Assembly (NCBI GenBank): GCA_965285975.1
Contig: CBDIWR010000361.1
Coordinates: forward strand, 1-39,660
Source of the DNA: an uncultured bacterium
Lineage (GTDB): Bacteria; Chloroflexota; Chloroflexia; Thermomicrobiales; Thermomicrobiaceae
DNA: 39,660 nt
Reading direction: 5' to 3'
The position numbers and the translations under genes are program-made. The notes beneath the pieces are model-generated. The model was not told the DNA's origin. It saw only the letters and a list, made by a program, of their open reading frames with translations, and ran no database searches. Positions 18,820 to 27,389 of the stretch are shown here, piece by piece; positions within the stretch are counted from its first letter, which is position 1; each line of letters begins with the position of its first letter.

Positions 18820-19080
18820 ATGATGAGTGACGTACATACGTATCTGCAGATACGGGATGCCGCGCGCTATTTGGGTGTGTCGACCGCGACACTACGAAAC
18901 TGGGATCGAGCCGGAAAGATACAGGCCTATCGTCATCCGGTTAACAACTACCGATTGTTCAGCTGTGACGATCTCAGGTCAATCTTGCGTCAGATTGAGC
19001 AGTCGCAGTCGAAGGCTGTTCCGGCTGGCGCTCCTTCGGGACAAGAGCACCAGACGCGTGATGAGGAGATCCGTCAATGA
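18820..19080 (+). CDS. MerR-type HTH / excisionase-like protein
   Basis: YLQIRDAARYLGVSTATLRNWDRAGKI.AYRHPVNNYRLF; GGAG RBS; ATGA overlap with the recombinase. Confidence 0.88.
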   Translation: MMSDVHTYLQIRDAARYLGVSTATLRNWDRAGKIQAYRHPVNNYRLFSCDDLRSILRQIEQSQSKAVPAGAPSGQEHQTRDEEIRQ

Positions 19081-20639
19081 GGACACGGCGAGGTAGCGGT
19101 GCACGACTTGGCTCGACTGAGCGGCGCCTAGCCGTAATCTACGCGCGTGTGTCCTCTAAAGAGCAGGAGCGAGAAGGTTTCTCTGTCCCGGCTCAGCTCC
19201 GCCTTCTCCAGGAATACGCCCGGGAACAGGGGTTCATCGTTCTTGAGGAGTTCGTCGATGTCGAAACTGCGAAACAAAGCGGTCGAACTGGCTTCGGTCA
19301 GATGGTGCGCTTTCTTAAGCGTCGATCCAACTCGTGCGGTGTGATTCTGGTCGAGAAAACTGACCGACTTTACCGAAACCTCAAAGACTGGGTCACGATC
19401 GATGAGTTGAACGTGGAAATCCACTTCGCCAAAGAGGGTGCCGTGCTGTCGGATGACTCCCGTTCATCTGAGAAGTTTATGCACGGCATCAAGGTCTTAA
19501 TGGCGAAGAACTACATCGACAACCTGTCAGAGGAAGTCCGTAAGGGCATGACTGAGAAGGCTGAAGAAGGAATCTGGCCGAGTCGCGCTCCTCTAGGCTA
19601 TCAAAATGTGGAGCGGGTTGATGGAAAGCGGGTCATCGCTCTTGACCCTGATGTGGCCCCGCTGGTTCGTCAGATCTTTGAGTGGTATGGCACGGGACGA
19701 TATTCTCTGACCGATCTTACCAAGCTAGCATCTGATGCGGGGCTTCGCTTTCGGAGGGGCGCAGAGGTGCCCAAGTCGACTGTCCACAAGATGCTTCGCA
19801 GTCCGATCTATCAGGGTGACGTTGTTTGGGGTAACCGAACCTATCCAGGGATTCACGAGCCGATCGTGTCGAGAGATTTGTGGGCCAGAGTCCAGGATAT
19901 TCTGGAGGGTCGCGCCGGGAGACATCCACGGTCACGCCGGGAGTTCGCTTTTGCCGGTCTCTTGACTTGCGGTCATTGTGGCTGTGCGTTGACTGCGGAG
20001 ATCAAGAAGGGTCGATACACCTACTATCGGTGCACCGGCTACCGCGGAAAGTGCGGAGAGCCGTATGTCAGAGAAGAAGTGCTCGAGGAGCAGTTCAGTG
20101 AGATCCTTGGTGACCTGCAGCTGGATGCTGATCTGCTTGACTGGCTGACTATGGCGCTCAAAGAAAGCTTTACGGATACGCAGCGCTTTCATGCTGAATC
20201 TATTTCTCGGCTGCGAGAGGAGCACGATCGTTTGCAGCGGCGGCTGGATGCAATGTACGTGGATAAGCTCGACAGTCGTGTCGATGAGGGAACCTATGAG
20301 CGGTTATCACGTGCTTGGCGAGCGGAGCAGGACCGGGTACTGCAGGCTATAGCGCAACACCAGGACGCGAACCAGATCTATCTCGATGACGGCGTGCGCC
20401 TCCTTAGGCTTGCGAACCGATGCCAGGAGCTGTTCGCCCAACAACCCGTCATGGAGAAGCGAAAGCTGCTCAATTTTGTACTTTCGAACTCCTCCTGGAA
20501 ACATGGTACGTTGACACCGGTCTTCCGAAAACCCTTTGATTTGCTTGTCCAGACAAAGAAAATGGCTACTCGCCCGGAGCAACAAAAAACCGCCGGAAGC
20601 CTCTCCGGCGGCAAGTATGATATTTGGCTCCCCGAGTAG
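19077..20639 (+). CDS. Large serine recombinase (integrase)
   Basis: AVIYARVSS catalytic Ser, DRLYR, APLGY, HEPIVS, CGHCG...YYRC zinc ribbon, coiled coil; ends WLPE* inside the tRNA. Confidence 0.95.
   Translation: MRTRRGSGARLGSTERRLAVIYARVSSKEQEREGFSVPAQLRLLQEYAREQGFIVLEEFVDVETAKQSGRTGFGQMVRFLKRRSNSCGVILVEKTDRLYRNLKDWVTIDELNVEIHFAKEGAVLSDDSRSSEKFMHGIKVLMAKNYIDNLSEEVRKGMTEKAEEGIWPSRAPLGYQNVERVDGKRVIALDPDVAPLVRQIFEWYGTGRYSLTDLTKLASDAGLRFRRGAEVPKSTVHKMLRSPIYQGDVVWGNRTYPGIHEPIVSRDLWARVQDILEGRAGRHPRSRREFAFAGLLTCGHCGCALTAEIKKGRYTYYRCTGYRGKCGEPYVREEVLEEQFSEILGDLQLDADLLDWLTMALKESFTDTQRFHAESISRLREEHDRLQRRLDAMYVDKLDSRVDEGTYERLSRAWRAEQDRVLQAIAQHQDANQIYLDDGVRLLRLANRCQELFAQQPVMEKRKLLNFVLSNSSWKHGTLTPVFRKPFDLLVQTKKMATRPEQQKTAGSLSGGKYDIWLPE
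20581..20611 (-). terminator. Intrinsic terminator for tRNA-Asn, encoded inside the recombinase CDS
   Basis: Minus strand CCGCCGGA-GAGGCT-TCCGGCGG-TTTTTTGTT, 13 nt after the CCA end. Confidence 0.8.
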
Positions 20640-20699
20640 GACTCGAACCTACAACCTTGCGGTTAACAGCCGCCTGCTCTACCATTGAGCTATCGGGGA
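20625..20699 (-). tRNA. tRNA-Asn (GTT)
   Basis: TCCCCGATAGCTCAATGGTAGAGCAGGCGGCT-GTT-AACCGCAAGGTTGTAGGTTCGAGTCCTACTCGGGGAGCCA forms a full cloverleaf with encoded CCA. Confidence 0.97.
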
Positions 20700-20882
20700 A
20701 TACGTAGCTCTTGACCGTCGTAGAGCTTAGCATGCTCTGGCCGTCCTTTGCAAGTCAGAATCCAATCTTTTTACACTGCCCTGCCTGCCACTGAGTTCGT
20801 GCACGAACGCACGAACTCCCGCGACGTGGTAGAATCCGATGCCTGACAGCGATGATCGGCGTGAGCGACGGGCCGCCGCGCG

Positions 20883-21917
20883 GTGGGTCGGTTCATTAAT
20901 TGGCGGAGAGGGCGCGTGGAACAGGCTGCGCTTCCAGGAGGATGGAGTTCGCTCCTCAACGCCGACAACTACGTCATCGGCATCGACATCGGTGGCCGCG
21001 GGCAGCGCGTGGTCGTTGCCAATGCCGCTGGGCAGTTGCTGGGTGACGCGCACGCGATCGATCGTGCGCTCCCGGGCGCTGGGGTGCTCGAGACTATCAA
21101 CGCGTTGGTCGAGCAGGCGTGTCAATCGGCCGATATCTCGCTGGAGCGGATCGTCCGGATCGGCGTCGCCTTTGGCGGGCCGGTTGATCCCAAACGGGGC
21201 CTGACGCTGTTATCGCACCGCGTCACCGGCTTTGAGAACTTTCCGCTAGTCAACCTGATCGAAGATCACATCGGGATTCCAACGGTGCTCGACAATGATG
21301 CTCGTGCCGCCGCGCTCGGTGAGGCGATGTACGGCGCCGCGCGCGGATCAAGCGATGTCGTCTATGTCCATCTTGGGACCGGTGTTGGTGGCGGCATCCT
21401 GGTTGACGGCCGGTTGCTCCACGGGACGAGCAACACGACCGGGGAGATCGGCCACATGGTCGTCTCGGTCAACGGGCCAATCTGCTCTTGCGGGAAGCCG
21501 GGGCATCTGGAAGCCTACGCCGCCGCGCCATCAATCCTGGCGCGCTTCCGGGAGCGCCTGCGGGCGGCTTCGTCGGAGGAGATTGAAGGCTGGTGCGACC
21601 CAAACGCGATCTCGGTCCGCATGATTTTCGAGCGGGCGCGGCGCGGTGGGGTCGCCGGCGAGGTAGTCAATGAAACGGTCCAGGTGCTTGGGTTGGCGAT
21701 CGCGAACCTGATCACGGTACTTAATCCCGAGGCGGTAATCGTTGGCGGATCGGTGGCGGAGGTTGGCCCGATGTTGATGAATCCGCTCGCCGCCCGAGTC
21801 CGACAGTATGCGTATCCGGCTTCGGTACGCCGGGTGCGGATCTCAGCGGCGCAGTTCCGTGGGGATGTGACCATACTCGGGGCAGTCGCGCTTGCCGTTG
21901 CCAGCCTGGGTAATTGA
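20883..21917 (+). CDS. ROK-family sugar kinase (glucokinase-like)
   Basis: IGIDIGG, DNDARAAALGE, LGTGVGGG, GEIGHM, CSCGKPGHLE; start uncertain (20883 or 20916). Confidence 0.9.
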   Translation: MGRFINWRRGRVEQAALPGGWSSLLNADNYVIGIDIGGRGQRVVVANAAGQLLGDAHAIDRALPGAGVLETINALVEQACQSADISLERIVRIGVAFGGPVDPKRGLTLLSHRVTGFENFPLVNLIEDHIGIPTVLDNDARAAALGEAMYGAARGSSDVVYVHLGTGVGGGILVDGRLLHGTSNTTGEIGHMVVSVNGPICSCGKPGHLEAYAAAPSILARFRERLRAASSEEIEGWCDPNAISVRMIFERARRGGVAGEVVNETVQVLGLAIANLITVLNPEAVIVGGSVAEVGPMLMNPLAARVRQYAYPASVRRVRISAAQFRGDVTILGAVALAVASLGN

Positions 21918-22000
21918 GCAGGAGAAACGGTGCTTTAACCTTGAGTTGCCGGCTAGACCGGCGACATGTACACTTCTTAATTGGGCGCTTTCTGAAAAGG

Positions 22001-22141
22001 ATGAAAACCGTGCGAGCTGTTCGCCTGAGCGATGCGCATCTTACCTATCTCTTGACACTGCTACGGAACTCGCCCCGCCCCATGTCAACAGATGAACTTG
22101 TTGAGGCGTTGTATGAGCGTGAGAAGCGCTCTAGCTCATAA
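22001..22141 (+). CDS. Small hypothetical protein (46 aa)
   Basis: MKTVRAVRLSDAHLTYLLTLLRNSPRPMSTDELVEAL; AAAAGG upstream; fills the gap in a co-oriented gene run. Confidence 0.55.
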   Translation: MKTVRAVRLSDAHLTYLLTLLRNSPRPMSTDELVEALYEREKRSSS

Positions 22142-22182
22142 CGCTGTCCATCAATCACAGTATTTAGGAGATAACGACGCGC

Positions 22183-23859
22183 ATGCAGACCACAGAGGTG
22201 AGGCCGGATCTTCAGTTTAATGGCTCCCCGGAGGACCAAGAGGTCGCCGCTGAGGCATTTCAGGTTGTCTCCGCGCTTGGTCGCTTTTATGCGCGGACGG
22301 CACCGATTCGTGCCTCGCTGGAATCGCTGGCGGGTTATTTCGCCTCCCGTCATAAAGAGCGGCCGGCCGACGAATGGGGCGCGGAACTTGACCGCGTGCT
22401 CTCGGCTAACCCCTCAGTATTTCTTCGGGAGGAGACGGACTCCGGCGTGGTTTTTGTGACCACACGGGAAGGAACGTCACCGGTCCCGGCGAGTCCGGCC
22501 GACCAGACGCACAGCCTTCCCAGCCGGTTTACCGAGCCGCTGCCAATGCCGGAGCCACCCCCAGTCGCCAGGCGACGGGCTGAGGTCATCGCGCCCACTC
22601 CCGAACCATCTCCGGTTTCCATTCCGGAGATTGAGCCGGAGCTGTTGACCGAGCAGCCCGTGGAGGTGGTACCAGAGCCAGTCGAAGTCGCTCCGGTAGA
22701 GCCGGAGCGGGCTGTTGCCGAGACGGTGACAGATTTCTCAGAGGTCGAGCCGGCGGCGATCGGAGATGCGCTTGCCGCGCAGTTACGGTTCGACCCAACG
22801 GTCGCGAACTTCGGCGATCTCTGGATGGTCGAGGATAAGGTTCCCCGGCTGAGCCGTGGTGAACTGCGCCGGATTCGCGAGTATCTGCTTGAGCGTGGCG
22901 AGCCATTGGCGGATGATCTTCTGGTGCAGGATGTTATGGGTGTCCGGCAGTCTTCGGATAGCTATGATCTGACGCGCTTTGCCCTGAACTACCGGCTTTC
23001 CCGTGAACATCGTGAATTTGAGTATGTTGGGACGCCTGATCGTCGTCTCTGGTCGACGAACGGCTTGCCGGTTATCGGGACAACAAAGCGCAAGGCCAGT
23101 GAGATCGGTACCGACTACCGATACTTGCTCGATGACCAGCCTGAGGAGCTCAATCGCAGCGAGCCGGTTGTCGACCATGTCCTGACGTTATACGAGTACC
23201 AGTTCGGCGTTCTGCCGCTGAGTCCGGAGTTCGCGGCATTGTTCCCAGCGCCGATGTTGCCCGATCAGCGCGCCGCGGTGCTTGTCATGGAATCGCCCCA
23301 GACCTATGAGACGTTCTTCGTCGAGTTGCGTTATCCGACCAGCAACCGTGGTGGCTACGTGGCTGGGTTCGAAGGTTTCTTTGCCGAGAACGTCGTGCCA
23401 GGCGCATTGATCACGCTGGAACGGACCGAGAAAAACGGCAAGTACCTGCTGGAATACCTACCGATCTCCGGGCAAGAGCGGAAGTTGCTCCATCTTGACG
23501 AAAAGAAGGGGCGGTACGTGTTCCGGCCGACGATGTTCTACTGCGCGACCCAGGACAACATGCTCTTGTCCGAGAACCGGTTTCCACGGCTCGCGAACGA
23601 AAAACCACTCGATGATCGCACCCGCCGCCGCCCGGAGCAGGTGCTCATCTGGGCATTTGAGCGCATTGGAGAGCGAGAGGGCTCCGGCGAAGTGCCGCGC
23701 TATATGGCTATCCTGGACGACTTGTTCGCCGTGGTCAATGTCGAGCGGCCGATGAGCGCGGAGGCCCTGCGCAAAATCATGCTGTCGCCGGAGCATCCGG
23801 AATTCAGCCAGGATGCAGAACTCGAAGATGTTTTTTACTACCAGCCAGCCAGCGAATAA
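22183..23859 (+). CDS. Hypothetical protein with a Pro/Glu-rich linker
   Basis: 558-aa ORF, AGGAG RBS, typical codon bias; no family recognised. Confidence 0.85.
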   Translation: MQTTEVRPDLQFNGSPEDQEVAAEAFQVVSALGRFYARTAPIRASLESLAGYFASRHKERPADEWGAELDRVLSANPSVFLREETDSGVVFVTTREGTSPVPASPADQTHSLPSRFTEPLPMPEPPPVARRRAEVIAPTPEPSPVSIPEIEPELLTEQPVEVVPEPVEVAPVEPERAVAETVTDFSEVEPAAIGDALAAQLRFDPTVANFGDLWMVEDKVPRLSRGELRRIREYLLERGEPLADDLLVQDVMGVRQSSDSYDLTRFALNYRLSREHREFEYVGTPDRRLWSTNGLPVIGTTKRKASEIGTDYRYLLDDQPEELNRSEPVVDHVLTLYEYQFGVLPLSPEFAALFPAPMLPDQRAAVLVMESPQTYETFFVELRYPTSNRGGYVAGFEGFFAENVVPGALITLERTEKNGKYLLEYLPISGQERKLLHLDEKKGRYVFRPTMFYCATQDNMLLSENRFPRLANEKPLDDRTRRRPEQVLIWAFERIGEREGSGEVPRYMAILDDLFAVVNVERPMSAEALRKIMLSPEHPEFSQDAELEDVFYYQPASE

Positions 23860-24784
23860 GCCCGAGGCCGAACGGTTGACCGCGCTCCTCCAGGACTTCG
23901 CCAACGGCCAGCGGGCGACGTCGGATGTGGTTCAACTCTCCGATCTCGGCCGTGGCGTGATTCCCGTTTTGCGTTCGGCTTGGCCATCGTTACCTCTTGA
24001 TGCTCGACGTTATCTCGTCCGCCAGATGGCGGATCTCGCTGAGTCGAACCTTGCCTTACACTTTGGCCGGGTGTTCCACGTTGCCCTGACGGACACTGAT
24101 CCCGAGGTCCGAGCGCTGGCCGTCTCCAGTCTTTGGGAGGATGAGAGCGCGGGTTTTCTGAACCAGCTGCTTCAGATTGCCGAGACGGAACGGGAGCCGG
24201 TTGTCCGGGAGGTGATCGCGGTGGCCCTGGGGCGGTTCGCATATCTAGCGGTCACTGCTGCGTTGGATGAGGAGACCGGGCGGCGGATCCGGCATATGCT
24301 CTTGTCGCTTCTTCGTCCGGGTGAGCCGGTGGCGGTTCGTCGCCGGGCGCTGGAGTCACTGGCCTACTTTCCCGATGATACCCGCGTCGATCAGTGGATC
24401 GCGGAGTCCTACGCCTCCCCGATCCACGACCTGCGGGTGAGCTCGGTATTCGCGATGGGCCGCAATCTGAACCGCCGCTGGCTGCCGGATGTCCTGGCCG
24501 AGTTGGAAAGTGATGATCCGGAGTTTCGTTTCGAGGCGGCCAGGGCCAGCGGTGAATTTGGTGACTCCAGTGCGGTCGATCCCCTGCTCACGTTGATCGA
24601 TGATGAGGACCGGGAGGTGCAATTTGCCGCGATCGGCGCGCTCGGTCAGATTGGTGGTCAACGGTGTGTGAACGTGCTCCAGCGACTGGCCGAATCTGAC
24701 GATATGGTCGTCAGGGAGGCAGCGGACGAAGCCCTAATCCATGCACTCGACGAGCCAGATCCTATGGATCTGTTGGGTCTCTAA
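23813..24784 (+). CDS. HEAT/PBS-lyase repeat protein
   Basis: Repeated D.DPEVR..A..AL units (DTDPEVRALAVSSL, SDDPEFRFEAARA, DEDREVQFAAIGALG); true start may be ~23876. Confidence 0.85.
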   Translation: MQNSKMFFTTSQPANKPEAERLTALLQDFANGQRATSDVVQLSDLGRGVIPVLRSAWPSLPLDARRYLVRQMADLAESNLALHFGRVFHVALTDTDPEVRALAVSSLWEDESAGFLNQLLQIAETEREPVVREVIAVALGRFAYLAVTAALDEETGRRIRHMLLSLLRPGEPVAVRRRALESLAYFPDDTRVDQWIAESYASPIHDLRVSSVFAMGRNLNRRWLPDVLAELESDDPEFRFEAARASGEFGDSSAVDPLLTLIDDEDREVQFAAIGALGQIGGQRCVNVLQRLAESDDMVVREAADEALIHALDEPDPMDLLGL

Positions 24785-24786
24785 CG

Positions 24787-25845
24787 GTGGGCCAGGGAAT
24801 CGCTTTGCCGTCGGCGCGGGTAGTCGCCCAGGTGGTGACGGAAGCCGGACTCTGGGACCAGTCGATTGAGTCGTTGCGTGGTTCCCTCCTCCAGAGCTGG
24901 CGCTGGGGCGAACTCAAATCCCGCCACGGCTGGTCGCCGGTTCGTCTGCTCTTGACCGCCGAAGATCAACCACTCCTCGCCGCGCAGGTCCTTTTCCGGC
25001 GATTCGGGCCGTTGAGTGTAGCCTATGTTCCCCGCGGCCCAGCCTGTACCGATCTCAACTCAGTGGTGACCGCGATGCTCACCACGGCGCTTGATCAGGT
25101 CTGTAAACGGCGGAACGCGGCAATCGTCTTCGTCGAGCCGGATCATGATTCTTCACACCTGCCCACTAATGGCACGCTTGGCTGGTCGCCCAGTCAGGCG
25201 ATGTTTCAGCCCAAGCGGACGATCAAGGTCCGGGTGGACTGTCCGGATGACTTGCTCCTCCAACAGATGAAACCGAAGACGCGGTACAACGTTCGCCTTG
25301 CAGAGCGGCGTGGCGTGACCGTCCGCATGGGCATGCTCGCGGACCTTCCTGACGTCTATCGCTTGTTGCGGGAGACCGCCGAACGGAACGCGTTTGGGAT
25401 CCATAGCTTGGAGTATTACCAGGACGTTCTCAAGACCTTCGGTCCCGACGTAGCGTTGTTCGTTGCCGAGCTGGATGGCGATCTCGCGGCTGCGGTGGTG
25501 GCGATCCGCCAGCAACGAGAGGCCGTTTACATGTACGGCGCATCGGCCGCGCAGCACCAGCGGCATATGCCGGCCTACCTGGTCCAGTTCGAAGCGATGC
25601 GCTGGGCGCGCGAATCGGGCTGTGATTGGTACGACTTGTGGGGCATTCCCGACTCTGACCTGCCCCCGGCTGATGCGGAGGATGCCGATGGCAAAAGTCT
25701 CAATGTGCGGAGTGGACTCTGGGGCACTTACCGGTTCAAGCAGGGGTTTGGCGGCGAGGTAGTGAACTACCCGGGCGTCTTTGAGCGCGTCTATCTCCGA
25801 CCGGCGGTCGAACTCTGGCGCCGTTTCCGGCCGGGACTAGGATGA
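24787..25845 (+). CDS. FemAB/FemX-family peptidoglycan bridge aminoacyltransferase
   Basis: LLQSWRWGELK, YVPRGP, MKPKTRYNVRLA, YMYGAS, YDLWGI, RFKQGFGG. Confidence 0.9.
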   Translation: MGQGIALPSARVVAQVVTEAGLWDQSIESLRGSLLQSWRWGELKSRHGWSPVRLLLTAEDQPLLAAQVLFRRFGPLSVAYVPRGPACTDLNSVVTAMLTTALDQVCKRRNAAIVFVEPDHDSSHLPTNGTLGWSPSQAMFQPKRTIKVRVDCPDDLLLQQMKPKTRYNVRLAERRGVTVRMGMLADLPDVYRLLRETAERNAFGIHSLEYYQDVLKTFGPDVALFVAELDGDLAAAVVAIRQQREAVYMYGASAAQHQRHMPAYLVQFEAMRWARESGCDWYDLWGIPDSDLPPADAEDADGKSLNVRSGLWGTYRFKQGFGGEVVNYPGVFERVYLRPAVELWRRFRPGLG

Positions 25846-27389
25846 ACGCGATCAGGCTTGCCGATCTTCTCAGGGGAATTCCCACTACTCGCCTCGCCGG
25901 AGATGCTTTGGTACCGATCGCGGATCTCTGTTACGATTCGCGGCTGGCCGGGCCGGGGAGTCTCTTCGTCGCGCTGCGGGGGAGCTATACCGACGGACAT
26001 CGTTATCTCGGCGAGGCGCGGGCACGTGGTGCGCTAGCCGCGCTGGTCGAGTCCTGGGAGCCGGAAGTTGCCAACTTTCCGGCCGTTGCTCAGGTACCAA
26101 GTACCCGAGTCGCGCTGGCGCCGTTGGCCGCTCGTTTTTTTGGCTATCCTGGTGAGTCGCTCAACATCATCGGTGTGACCGGCACGGATGGCAAGACCAC
26201 GACGGCGTACCTGATCGAGGCGATGCTCCGGTCATCCGGCTACCGGACCGGCATGCTGGGTACGGTCGCGATCCGAGTGGGTGAACAGGTCGTTGAGCAC
26301 GACAGCCGGCAGACCACTCCGGAATCGCTGGAGGTTCAGCGGCTGCTGGCGGATATGCGCACGGCTCGAGTGGATTGGGCGGTCTTGGAGGCTACCTCGC
26401 ACGGGCTGGCGCTGCCTCGCCTGGATAGTTGCCCATTCGATATTGGTGTCGTTACCAACATTACTCAGGAACACCTGGAATTTCATGGCACTGTCCAGAA
26501 GTACCGACAGGCGAAGGCGCGGTTACTCCAACGGGTGGGCGCCCGTGGTGATCGGCCGGGGCCAAGTGGTGTCGTCCTGAACGCTGATGATGAGGGCGCG
26601 CGCTCGATCGCGTCAGCGGCGGGATCGGCGTCGGTTGTCTGGTTCAGCAGCCAGAGCTCGCGGGCGGACATCGTTGCGACCAATATCGAACCCAGCACCG
26701 ACGGTACGCGCTTTCGGTTGGACACTCCTTCTGGATCAGCCGATGTCCAGTTATCGTTGATCGGCCAGTTCAACGTCGACAACGCGCTGGCCGCGGCTGG
26801 TGCGGGTCATTTGATTGGGCTCTCCGCTGGAGAGATTGCCGAGGGGCTCGGTTCGCTGACGGGCGTACCGGGACGGCTGCGGCGCGTGGTGCTCGGTCAG
26901 CCGTTCGAGGTGATTGTCGATTACGCCCACACGCCGGAGTCGTTGGAAAAGATCCTCCGACTGGTTCGCGGGCTGGTCCGCGGTCGTGTGATCGCTGTGT
27001 TTGGCAGTGCCGGCGAACGGGATCGCGTGAAGCGGCCACTCCAGGGCAGTGTCAGTGCCCGGTGTGCCGACATCTCGATTTTTACGTCGGAAGATCCGCG
27101 TTGTGAGGATCCCGGGGCGATCATTGCCGAGATCGCGGCTGGCGCGGAGTCGGCCGGTGCGGTTGAGGGGCGTGACTATCTCTGCGTTGAAGACCGCCGG
27201 ACCGCTATCCGGGCCGCGATCGAACGAGCCGGTCCGGGGGATGCGGTGGTCCTGGCTGGTAAAGGCCACGAGCAGTGTATGATCTACGGCGTTGAGCGTC
27301 GGCCATGGGATGAGGCAGGGGAAGCGATGGCTGCTCTGCAAGGGTTAGGGTACGGGTTATCCGTCGAGGGTGAAGGTGGAGTTCCATGA
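25842..27389 (+). CDS. murE: UDP-MurNAc-tripeptide synthetase MurE
   Basis: DSR, GVTGTDGKTTT, TTPES, EATSHG, VDYAHTP, GERDRVKRP, EDPR, AGKGHE. Confidence 0.95.
   Translation: MNAIRLADLLRGIPTTRLAGDALVPIADLCYDSRLAGPGSLFVALRGSYTDGHRYLGEARARGALAALVESWEPEVANFPAVAQVPSTRVALAPLAARFFGYPGESLNIIGVTGTDGKTTTAYLIEAMLRSSGYRTGMLGTVAIRVGEQVVEHDSRQTTPESLEVQRLLADMRTARVDWAVLEATSHGLALPRLDSCPFDIGVVTNITQEHLEFHGTVQKYRQAKARLLQRVGARGDRPGPSGVVLNADDEGARSIASAAGSASVVWFSSQSSRADIVATNIEPSTDGTRFRLDTPSGSADVQLSLIGQFNVDNALAAAGAGHLIGLSAGEIAEGLGSLTGVPGRLRRVVLGQPFEVIVDYAHTPESLEKILRLVRGLVRGRVIAVFGSAGERDRVKRPLQGSVSARCADISIFTSEDPRCEDPGAIIAEIAAGAESAGAVEGRDYLCVEDRRTAIRAAIERAGPGDAVVLAGKGHEQCMIYGVERRPWDEAGEAMAALQGLGYGLSVEGEGGVP

Larger units (their letters stand above)
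12876..20639 (+). mobile_element. Integrative element / genomic island at the tRNA-Asn 3' end
   Basis: Large serine recombinase overlapping the tRNA, Xis-like gene, two tyrosine recombinases, defence-like cargo, visible drop in GC and codon bias starting where xfp is cut; left boundary inferred only. Confidence 0.75.

Noticed and set aside
18820-20639. IS607-like element (MerR HTH plus serine recombinase)
   Set aside because: The HTH is a separate gene, the recombinase is a large serine integrase with a zinc ribbon, and there is no tnpB
22221-22230. TGGCTCCCCG matching the tRNA-Asn 3' end as a possible att copy
   Set aside because: Only 10 nt, inside a coding gene and on the wrong side of the tRNA
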